Of a DNA stretch of 64,000 nucleotides, positions 52,001 through 61,219 are shown in pieces. Position 1 is the stretch's first letter. The number at the start of each line of letters is the position of its first letter. This DNA comes from Owenia fusiformis. Taxonomy: Eukaryota. The stretch lies in contig CAIIXF020000001.1 of the NCBI GenBank assembly GCA_903813345.2, positions 43,958,001 through 44,022,000 of the forward strand, written 5' to 3'. The position numbers and the translations under genes are program-made. The notes beneath the pieces are model-generated. The model saw only the letters and a program-made list of their open reading frames with translations, had not been told where the DNA came from and ran no database searches.

Positions 52001-55000
52001 TCAGGCATAAATGATGGTGTATAAGGTTGAATGATGGTACATAAGCCTGAGTTGTGTTGAATGTCAGTATATATCAGTAGGGCACGCCTTAAGCGTCGGA
52101 CAGCTGGTCATTATCTGGTTACTTTTGATACTGACCAGTTGATTTTTTCACTAGGTATAGGAAAATAACATTGCAACTGGTCAGTAATGCCTTTTTGACC
52201 AGCAGCTCTGGAATCCTTAGGGCACTGTACACTGTATGTATGCCTGTATGATAGATTAGGCCTATGTTCCATCATACATATGAACTGACATTCAACTCCA
52301 ATAGATCAATATGATGGTACATAGGTCCCAATGGTGGTGTATGGGGTTCAATGATAGTACATAGGCCTGAATTATCCTGTATTCGGGCTGAATGATGGTA
52401 CATAGCCCTGTATGATGGTACATAAGTCTGAATGAAGGTGTATTAGGGTTTAATGTCAGTTCATAGGCCTGTATTATGGTAAGTCTAAATAATGGTGTAT
52501 TAGGGTTGAATGTCAGTTCGTAGGCCTTTATGAAGGTACATAGGCATTCATTGTGTTGTATTGGGGTTGAATGTCTGTTCGTAGGCCTGTATGAAGGTAC
52601 ATAGGCATTCATTGTGTTGTATTGGGGTTGAATGTCTGTTCGTAGGCCTGTATGATGGTACACAGGCCTGAATCATGGTGTATTAGGGTTCAATGTCAGT
52701 TCATAAACCTGTATGTTGGTACATAGGTCAGAATGGTGGTGTATTAGGGTTCAATGTCAGTTCATAAACCTGTATGATGGTACATAGGTCAGAATGATGG
52801 TGTATTAAGGTTGAATATCAGTCCATGGGCTGACATTCAATGTCAGTTCATAAACCTGTATGATGGTACATAGGTCAGAATGATGGTGTATTAGGGTTCA
52901 ATGTCAGTTCATAAACCTGTATGATGGTGCAGAGGTCAGAATGATGGTGTATTTAGGTTGAATATCAGTCCATGGGCTGACATTCAATGTCAGTTCATAA
53001 ACCTGTATGATGGTACATAGGTCAGAATGATGGTTATTAGGGTTCAATGTCAATTCATAAACCTGTATGATGGTGCATAGGTCTGAATGATGGTGTTTAA
53101 AGGATTCCATGTCGGTAGATATGCCTGTATGATGGTAAATAGGTCTGAATTGAGATGTGTAAGGTTGAATGTCACTAGACAGGTCTATACAATGGAACAT
53201 AGGTCTAAATGATGGGGTATATCAGTTCATATGCCTGCATGATGATGCATAGGTCTGAATGATGGTGTATAAGGGTTGTATGTCAGTTCATAGGCCTGTA
53301 TGCTGGTACATAGGTCTGAATGGTGGTGAATGGGGCTGAATGACAGTACATAGACCTGAACTATGGTGTATTAAAGCTAAAAGACATTCATATGCCTATA
53401 TGATAATACATAAGGCTAAATTGTGGTGTATTTAGATTGAATGTTATTACGTAAGGCTTATTGGTGGGGTATGGGGCTAAACCTTAGTATATCATAGATA
53501 CTAGTTTTCCGTAATTCCACGGAGCGGAAAAAATTGATCATAAGTTCCATTTGCAGAATCCCTGATTTTACTGAAAATTCATTTGAATTACCAGAATTTC
53601 ACAAAATTAACAAAAACAATGCTTCCTGTGCTTCATTCCCCCACAAATTATATTTTTATTGGAATGTGTTCTTGAATAATTACCCACAATGCAACACTCG
53701 AAAAGAACATTTTGATACCTCTTTTCCCTAATTATTGGTCTTTTTTTTGTTTACTTTTGAATGAGATAAATCATGCTTCATGTTTTAATAATATTTAAAA
53801 TTGATTTTTCTTGAAGATAATGCAAGAAACATTTACTTTAATCTAAATCTTTTTGAAATATTACCAAAAAGAGAAGCATGGCACTGCTCATTTTGAATTG
53901 CTCATGTAATAATACAGAGTTGCATACCCTTCTATTGAATGCCCATGGTGGTATATAGGTATACGTCAGAATAATTGGTGTATAAGGGTTGAATGTCAGT
54001 TTATGGGCCTGTATGATGGTACATTAGTCTGAATGATGGCGTTTTAGGGTTGAATGTCAGTTCATAGGCCTGTATGATAGTACATATGTCTGGAGACTGA
54101 ATCATGTTGTATAAGGGTTGAATGTCACTTCATAGCCCTGTATGTTGGTACATAGGCTTGAATTATGATGTGTAAGGGTTGAATGACAGTTCATAGGCCT
54201 GTATAATGGTACATAGGTCTGAATTATGATGTATTAGGGTTGAATATTAGTTCATAGGTCTATACAATGGTACATAGGTCTGAATGATGGTGTATTGGGT
54301 TGAATGTCAGTTCATAGCCCTGTATGATGGTACATAGGCCTGAATTCTGATGTATTAAGATTGAATGTCAGCTCAAGAGCCTGTGTGATAGTACATAGGT
54401 CTTAACAATGGTGTATTGGGGTTGAATGTCAGTTCATAGGCCTGTATGATGGTACATAGGCCTGAATTATGATGTATTAGGGTTGAATGTCAGTTCATGT
54501 GTACGATGGAACATAGGCCTGAATTATGATGTATTAGGGTTGAATGTCAGTTCATATGTATGATGGAACACAGGCCTGAATTATGTTGTATTAGGGTTGA
54601 ATCTCAGTTAATATGTATGATGGAACATAGGCCTGAATTGCGATGTATTAGGGTTGAATGTCAGTTTATATGTACAGCGCTTGCATTAGGTTAGAAAATT
54701 TGTGAGTCCCAAGGACGCAATTTTTTTTAAAAAGTGTGTCCTTTGAAAAAAGTGTGTCCCCTATTTCTAGCCTGTTTTGAGGTATAACTTTATTTTAAAA
54801 GCATTTTTTACCAAAACACCTTTCAGTTTTTGATTTCTTGCCGCGAATTTAAAATGGAAGTAAACGTTAAGTAGGGACTGAATAAGTGCATGTTCGTTCA
54901 TTCGACAATGAATACATTTTCTTTCATGAATAAACTAATATTTGTTTCTGAATAGGAAAAACTGTGGGGTGTCATGGTTTCAAATCTAAAAATAAACAAA

Positions 55001-58000
55001 GTCGAAAAAATTCGAGAGAATCATGATTATTTGTAAATATTCAACATGTTGAGCCTTATTTACGATTCAAATAAATGTGAGAGATCATAATTATTTGTTT
55101 TTGTTAGGTATCGTTGTAAACACATTGTAGTATTGACCTAAAAAAAATTTGCGTCCAAAAAACGGAAATATTTTCAATTTTTGCATCCTCCAAATTATTT
55201 TTGAGTCCTTCACATGTAAGGGACGCCGTTAATGCAAGCCCTGTATGTATGATGGAACATAAGCCTGAATTATGATGTATTTGGGTTGAATGTCAGTTCA
55301 TAGGCCTGTATGCTGGTACATAGGCCTGAATTATGTTGTATTAGGGTTGAATGTCAGTTTATAGACCTGTATGATGGTACATATGCCTGAATTCTGATGT
55401 ATTAAGATTGAATGTCAGCTCAAGAGCCTGTGTGATAGTACATAGGTCTGAACAACGGTGTAATAGGGTTGAATATCAGTTCATAGGCCTGTATGATGGT
55501 ACATAGGCCTGAATTGGGATATATTAGGGTTAAATGTCAGTTCATATGTACATATATGTTCATATGTTCATATGGAACATAAGCCTGAATTATGATATAT
55601 TTGGGTTGAATGTCAGTTCATAAGCCTGTATGCTGGTACATAGGCCTGAATTCTGATGTATTAGGGTTGAATGTCAGTTCATATGTATGATGGTAAATAG
55701 GTCTGAGTTATGTTGTATTAGGGCTGAATGTCAGTTCATAAACTTTATGATGGTACATATAGGTCTGAATTATGATGTATTAGGGTTGAATATCAGTTCA
55801 AAATTAGTCTTGCCCCAAGACTGTGGACCCCCGTTATCTTCTTCACTAACACACACCACAGTCTTGTAAACACTTATGATATGATGATATACTTAAAGAA
55901 CATACGAGACCCTGTAGGTGTGAAATAGGGAGGGGGGAGGGCGTGAGCTAGACTAGCCAGAATCAGAAATGGAACTCCTTTCAAAGCTAAATTATATTGT
56001 CCAAAGGTCTGAATGATGGTAACTGAATGATGGTATACGGGGCAGTCAAAGGCACCTGTCAAGCTTTCTTACAGCCATTTATGTCACATTTACACAGGAT
56101 CTCATTGCCTGGTCAATGTGCGGGAGCAGGTCGTTTTTACAAGAAATTTCAAGATTTTCACACAATATATTTTCTAACTGAAAAGCACATGTAATGAACT
56201 AGCACATGTAATGACAATTGAAGTTTCTAAAAAAAGGCACTTACATCCTACTCGGAATGATCGTTTTTCAATTACAACTTTTTAACGTATTACCAAGTAA
56301 AAACCGATTAAAATATTTCTTACTTCAAACAGCCAAATTGAAATAAGAAAAATATTTTAATCAGTATTTAGACTATCTTTGATAATAATTAGAAGCCTTC
56401 GTTAAAATACATTAATGAAAAGATATAATGGAAAAACGATCATTCTGAGTGTGGGATGTTAGTGCCTTTTTACTAACTTTTTATTGGATCATAATAGACT
56501 TCCAACGAATTTCATGAAGCACAGTTGACATTGTCATCGCATGTGCTGGTTCATTTTCTCTGCGAATAAACAGCTTTTCAAAATACATTGTATGAAAATT
56601 TCTTGTATTAACGGATTGCTCCCTCACATTCACCAAATTAGGAGATGGCATCCCGTGATTAAGGTGACAGCCCGTCATATCACATTTGTGTCATACTTGA
56701 TTAGTAGGCAAGTATATTACATTTGGTTGGTACACAGATAAATTTTATATATTTAGGTAGTAGTCATGTCAAATAAACAGGCTGTGGTAAGCAATTGTGT
56801 CAAATTTGGGTGTTAATACGATACACTTATAGGTGATACGCATTTATAGAGGTGTCACGGGTCAGATATTTTTTGGGTCAGGTCAGGCCAGAAAAATGTG
56901 CGGGTCAGGTAATTTCGGGTTGGGTCACAGAAAAATGAATTTGACCTACGGTAATTGTCAAACCATTTAAGTGAATACACGGCATATTATGAGCCAATAA
57001 TTTATGATATTCCTGAGTGTTCGAATCTGATCAGAAATTTGTAAGTAGTTATTTGTGACCCAAAGCGAGCCATGCAAGCCAAAATTTGGGTTGACTTCGG
57101 GTCAGTGTGACACCTCTATGCATTTACATTGCATTTGGGTGGTAGGCAAATGTCACATTTGGTTTTTGTCATATCCAGGTAGTAGGTAGTTGTCATTTTG
57201 GGAAACAAACTTGGACTATGGTCAATGTTATTGTGTTTCAGCCAAATTCTGAAGTAAAACTGTCAAATCATGTATCATGGTGTAGACCTCATATCCACAA
57301 ACTAAAAGCCCCATATTCCATCTTCCAATAAATCTTGCCATATTTTGATATACCTATGAAACTGGGATATGTCAGGTAGATTCGTGTCACTGTGTCATGG
57401 GTTGTGGGAAACATTGTTTCCAAGCAAATTGCAGCTTATTGCTCAAAAACAAAACCCTCTTAGAATTTACAATGCATCTGGGTTATATATCCAAGTTCCT
57501 TTGAAATGCAAAATGTGGCAGGATTTAGTGAAATGGTCTATAAGTATATTTCTATGGTAAGCTGTCTATGATACAATACAATACAAACATCCTCATGGAA
57601 ACTGGTAGTGTCCTAATTATCTAATCATACAGTCATCAGTCGTCACGTTTGGTTGAAAGAGTATCAGAATTTGAATGTACTTGATTGTCATATTTCGATG
57701 ATAGGTTTGTTAATGTTTGCTGATAGACAGCTGTTTCGCTGCAATTGTGCAGCATTTAGCTGATAGACAATTTTGTAGCTTTTGTGTGACAGTTTTATCA
57801 TGTACCGATTATAGGCAATTACCGTATTCTCTGTAATTACCGCCCACTCTCTAATAAGCGCCCACCCCATTTCACAAAGTTCAAGAAACATCGAGGAATC
57901 AACAAGAATTGAAGAATATATCAGGAAAAAAATATTTCTCAAAATCCAGGAGCGGGCGATAATAGAGTACTTACCCTAAAACTGCTGTAAACACGACGCG

Positions 58001-58807
58001 TTTTGTAATTCTATGCATCCTCTCGATACATATCTATCGATGGGTGCTTCCCACACCATACCATGCTAATATTGTCTCCAAATAGTCCATAATGAATGAA
58101 GGAATTGTTCTTTATCGGCATTCAGAAATTTCAAAAGCTACTGCGCAGATGTTCTGCGCATGTCAAGGTCGTGAACTTTCTGGTTTCTTTTTAATGTTTC
58201 TCGACTTTTACAGGACTTTTGCACGAATAATGATGATCTCTCATCAAATTAGAAATAATGTATAACTTTAGATCGATATCCAGCAGTCTCTAATGGAAAT
58301 ATTGAAGGTAATCGGCGATAATGACAAAGTGGGCGTGCCGGAAATAAATTAGACATAGACGGGTCTTCAACCACTGTCAATATTGTCTAAGCGATCTTTA
58401 CCATATTCTCTCCAATAACAGCACTTGTCATATTATTATAAAAATATGTTGAAGAAAATGCATTCTTGTCAAGAAAAATTGCCATACATGAAATTCCTCG
58501 GGATTTCTGATTTCTTTCATACGTGGGCGCTTATTAGAATGGTCTAAATAATGTATTTTCAATTTTCTAAACGCCCTGGGCGCTAATTACAGAGAATACG
58601 GTATGTCAGAATTGGGTAGAATGTCTATGGTATATTTGGGTGCTAGTTGTATAGTTGTAGCATATTGGGGTGCTAGCTAAGAAAAGTTGTAGCACACTAG
58701 GGTGCTACTGCTAGCTATATACTTACAGGGAAGAAACCAGGAGGCATTGGCCCACCGGGTAAACCATCCTGGGGAGGCATATTTAAAGGACTAGGTGTGG
58801 CGGAGTT
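21989..58807 (-). CDS. SSBP3: Single-stranded DNA-binding protein SSBP2/3/4 (Ssdp, LDB1/Chip cofactor), 3' 313 aa in 11 exons; LUFS-domain exons lie beyond window end
   Basis: Eleven GT-AG exons (942 nt) join in one frame: [37 protein letters not shown]...|[22 protein letters not shown]|...MDPRG|...|[11 protein letters not shown]...|...GPWPPNSQ|...[25 protein letters not shown]...|...PGTPRDD...|[35 protein letters not shown]. Motifs [28 protein letters not shown] are characteristic of the family; the paralogue number is nominal. Confidence 0.95.
22150..22516. repeat. ~120-135 bp tandem repeat, about 3 copies, in last SSBP intron
   Basis: tacaaggcattaa(c/t)atg...tgttacagac starts near 22152, 22271, 22407. 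Confidence 0.85.
23224..23369 (-). CDS. SSBP3: SSBP exon ([10 protein letters not shown]...PGTPRDD...YQDNVNPT)
   Basis: 146 nt, ctag acceptor, gtaagt donor. Confidence 0.9.
23418..23587. mobile_element. Small CAG-terminated MITE with 5-bp TSD (ATAGG)
   Basis: atagg|cagg...ctggctacgggcctg|atagg; shares tcaaaatcatgcagttttt core with 8494-8636; fragments also near 31953-32000 and 38315-38342. Confidence 0.75.
23716..23844 (-). CDS. SSBP3: SSBP exon ([15 protein letters not shown]...SVMNG)
   Basis: 129 nt, ttttcag acceptor, gtaagc donor. Confidence 0.92.
25031..25082 (-). CDS. SSBP3: SSBP exon ([17 protein letters not shown])
   Basis: 52 nt, ttttcag acceptor, gtatgt donor. Confidence 0.93.
25373..25430 (-). 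CDS. SSBP3: SSBP exon ([19 protein letters not shown])
   Basis: 58 nt, gttttcag acceptor, gtaagt donor. Confidence 0.9.
25843..25940 (-). CDS. SSBP3: SSBP exon ([12 protein letters not shown]...PMPPMSM)
   Basis: 98 nt, gttccag acceptor, gtaagt donor. Confidence 0.92.
26198..26271 (-). CDS. SSBP3: SSBP exon ([25 protein letters not shown])
   Basis: 74 nt, ttttccag acceptor, gtaagt donor. Confidence 0.9.
33632..34340 (-). mobile_element. Helentron/DINE-1-like HINE, family A copy 2 (fewer central repeats)
   Basis: Reverse complement of the 3074-4279 element with the same termini; ~710 bp versus ~1205 bp. Confidence 0.85.
37925..38400. repeat. 16-bp minisatellite (agatgttcaatgtatg), degenerate and interrupted
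   Basis: Near-perfect units at 37975-38075, decayed units at 38210-38400. Confidence 0.8.
38961..39088. repeat. 44-bp tandem repeat, 3 copies
   Basis: agactaag(c/a)gtgcaaagataatagtgagaggcat at 38961, 39005, 39049. Confidence 0.92.
40085..40765. repeat. ~32-bp minisatellite, about 20 copies, with dimeric higher-order units
   Basis: Unit gtgtggataaatcacaatgttgagaagacaca. Confidence 0.95.
42043..42233. mobile_element. Degenerate pogo/Tigger-like MITE
   Basis: cagtataacctgt ... agacaggtttta, with repeated gtgttcactagagag subterminal motifs. Confidence 0.45.
42787..42841 (-). CDS. SSBP3: SSBP exon ([18 protein letters not shown])
   Basis: 55 nt, ttttcag acceptor, gtaagt donor; followed by a 16.5-kb intron. 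Confidence 0.92.
43682..43747 (-). CDS. SSBP3: SSBP exon ([22 protein letters not shown])
   Basis: 66 nt, tttttccag acceptor, gtaagt donor. Confidence 0.95.
44662..44736 (-). CDS. SSBP3: SSBP exon ([25 protein letters not shown]), symmetric phase 0 and possibly alternative
   Basis: 75 nt, ctcccag acceptor, gtgagt donor; resembles the SQPSPH segment of SSBP3. Confidence 0.85.
44778..45500. repeat. 49-bp minisatellite with a 147-bp trimeric higher-order repeat; decayed units resume at ~46235-46820
   Basis: Unit caatgtgttatagcttacaacagttagcaaggtttgggtgaatggagta. Confidence 0.95.
46960..47580. mobile_element. Degenerate repeat-element fragment with internal tandem units (HINE-like central repeats)
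   Basis: Recurrent ggattcatctgaaattttcag...tttgggcattctgggtaaatgtt...gccattttgaattttct. Confidence 0.45.
49790..50587 (-). mobile_element. Helentron/DINE-1-like HINE, family B copy 2
   Basis: Near-identical to 17212-17963 but with an expanded GACG/GACT microsatellite; a further decayed 3' end at ~50763-50800. Confidence 0.85.
52075..52234. mobile_element. Small CAGT...ACTG insertion in the satellite, apparent 7-bp TSD
   Basis: tatatat|cagt...gccttaag ... cttagggcactgtacactg|tatgtat; exact ends ambiguous. Confidence 0.4.
54675..55243. mobile_element. hAT-like MITE with 6-bp TSD (TATGTA) inserted in the satellite
   Basis: TIRs cagcgcttgcatta / taatgcaagccctg (13/14); empty site reconstructable from neighbouring repeat units. 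Confidence 0.85.
56115..56630. mobile_element. Foldback-type element, imperfect palindrome over its full length
   Basis: Nested inverted pairs: aatgtgcgggagca/tgctccctcacatt, aaaaggcacttacatcc/ggatgttagtgcctttt, gattaaaatattt/aaatattttaatc. Confidence 0.8.
56847..57118. mobile_element. hAT-type MITE with 8-bp TSD
   Basis: cgcattta|tagaggtgtcac ... gtgacacctcta|tgcattta; subterminal gggtc repeats. Confidence 0.88.
57822..58601. mobile_element. Tc1/mariner (pogo-like) MITE
   Basis: TA|ccgtattctctgtaatta ... taattacagagaatacgg|TA; repeated taataagcgccc subterminal motif; CpG-rich. Confidence 0.9.
58727..58807 (-). CDS. SSBP3: SSBP exon ([27 protein letters not shown]), most 5' exon found in the window
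   Basis: 81 nt, gttttcag acceptor, gtaagt donor. Confidence 0.93.
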
Positions 58808-60728
58808 CTGAAAACAGAAACAACAATATTATAAAATGAGATTTATAGTTAAAGAGATTATTTTGTATACAAAACAGCATATTGAAAAAACCAATATTTT
58901 CATCCTCAGCACTAAAGTAGAAATTTCACAATCTTTTGATACAAATAAAAGCATGTAAATCTCAGCGAATGCTAGTTTGATTTCTGAATAAGTAACGAAA
59001 TCTGCTGATTTCACAAAGTGCACAAAGCATCACGTAACAATGAGGTCCATTCACCTTAATATACAATAGACCAATAGTAAGACTTCCCAATAAAAGCACA
59101 CATATTGATGCAACTCTACTAACGTCAATGACATTACCAAACAAGCTTACTGAAAAGGTACCTGTATCAAAAAGGTACTTCTATCAAACTGGTACCTTAT
59201 ATAAGCCAAATTAAAAAGAATCTCATTAATATAATTTTCCTTTTACTGAAAATCATCATTCAATCTAAAAATGACCCTTGAAAAACTGACCGACAATCAA
59301 TTAGTCACAAAAAACTAACATGAAGTTGTTTTTATTCTATTCTACTTCAATTGTATGTCTATTTCTATACAATAATTGATTTTTATAATAGAAGAACTTA
59401 AGAGCGATGTGTAAAAGTATATGTACAGAACAGTATTTTATTTATTACAATTGGCAACTTTCCCTGGTTGAGTATTAACACATAAATATGAAAGTAATGA
59501 AATAAAATATGACAGACTGCAAGAAATCTAGAGCTTCAAAAACTATGTGTCCTGATGTTATACCCAAGCAGGATGCCAATGTTATATTGCTTCAGATGAC
59601 AAATAGGGCAAGATATATGGTTCTGACAATGCAAGCAATTACAGGGGGTACAACCATTTGTAAGAACAGCCATGCATATTGATTTTAACTGGTGACCTTT
59701 GTATAGAAAGTATACTAAATAAATTCTCCCCAACATTTATGATATCTTCATCATCATGATGTAACATTGCCTTAAAGCTTTTAAAACTGATAACCAAAGA
59801 GGGTATATATTTTCTGTTGTGAAAAATCTTTACAAGGAGTAAAACTGTATTGTTTATGTTTTGTAGTAAGCCACATGGCCACATTGAAGAGTTAAAATAG
59901 TTAACACTTTTCTTAGCTGTGAATACATGTGAGTGGGCTTATAGGAGTATAAAGGCCACTTTCAATATGAACTGAGATGACAAACTAAAGTTTAACCCTT
60001 CCATGGTGAATCTTCCTCATAGACTTTCAGATTAAACATAATTAACTCAAATTAACCCACAGATATTTTACATTATAGTTTTTATTTTCTATTAAAAATG
60101 TTCCCTGCCTGAAAAATATTTACTCAGTGCAGATCCAATATTGGAAAAGATTTACGTATAAAAAATGGAATAACGTAAACATCTACCTATATCTATAAAT
60201 AAATTATTGAAACCACTTTTGTTTTTAAATTTCAAATTATAACATTTGACTACCCAGAAAGTGAACAATGTACTTGGTGAAAATGAGTACATCATAGAGT
60301 AGTTACAAATAAGAGGATGAGACAGATAGATGAATGATTGATTAAAGCTAACACATTTCAAGAGTACTTTACTGACAGATGCCACATTTTGAAACAGTCA
60401 AAATTGTTGATTGGTTTCATTATGAGGCATTCATCATTTAGTTGATTCTGTTTTGTTTTGTTATGGTTAAAATTAGACAAAACAAACATTTGAAGTGCAT
60501 CTGAAATTGGACTCCTTTAAAACACAACCTCAAACTACAAAAAAGCAGGTATGACATTCCTTTCGTTGAGTACACTGTAAGTCTTACCTCCACTATAACG
60601 AATACGGTATTTAAAAGATGGAATCAAAACTCTCTTAGATAAAATTATCCTTCTTAATTGGTTTTAATGTAGCAACAGACTGTGATCAGGCTCATTGCTT
60701 GGTATTTTAAAACACTTTTCATAATTAA

Positions 60729-61219
60729 AGCTGGACTGCGCTCCGAAACGCAATCTTGGGTTGTTTCGGGGGTGAACTTTATCATTTTGAGCCTAATGAA
60801 AGATTATAGAATGATGAACAAATGGGGCAAATCTTGTGTAGAAATACTTACGATAAATGTGTCATTTCAAAGATTATTCATTGAATTGCTTCGAGTCGGC
60901 GCCGACGATATGATTTTGGAAAAGTTTGTAAATGAAGAACGTGACGTCACTTCCGAATCATAGCATTCAAAATAAGTAGCGTTTAATTGCAACTAACATT
61001 CATTAGAAGACGGTGGTCTAGGGGTACAATTCTCGCTTAGCACGCGGGAGGCCCGGGTTTGAATCCCGCATTCGCCTTTTTATTTTTTTAAACTAAATGA
61101 TTGTTCTTTGATATAACGCAGAAAAAAAACAATTTTTATTTACATAAACTTTATATTAGAGCTTAAAAATGTAAAAACAATATATGTCAACATATTGCGT
61201 TTTGGAGCGATGTCCAGCT
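60729..61219. mobile_element. TTAA-flanked MITE with AG...CT termini (Kolobok-like)
   Basis: TTAA|agctggactgcgctccgaaacgcaat ... attgcgttttggagcgatgtccagct|TTAA. Confidence 0.85.
61007..61077 (+). pseudogene. tRNA-like sequence (tRNA-Pro-like body, AGC anticodon) inside the MITE
   Basis: tggtctaggggta D-region, ctcgc-ttAGCac-gcggg anticodon arm, ccggg-tttgaat-cccg T arm, then a T-run; acceptor stem does not pair and the B box is mutated. Confidence 0.7.

Larger units (their letters stand above)
51980..55800. repeat. ~61-bp satellite array (with ~54-55 bp variants), ~3.8 kb, interrupted by three insertions
   Basis: Unit gttgaatgtcagttcataggcctgtatgatggtacataggcctgaattatgatgtattagg. Confidence 0.95.

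Noticed and set aside
59030..59070. Minus-strand VNGPH peptide as an extra SSBP microexon
   Set aside because: Weak AAG acceptor and no convincing donor in the right position; cannot be supported without transcripts
61007..61077. Functional tRNA-Ala(AGC) gene
   Set aside because: Acceptor stem does not pair (aagacgg versus attcgcc), the T loop lacks the invariant C, and it lies inside a MITE
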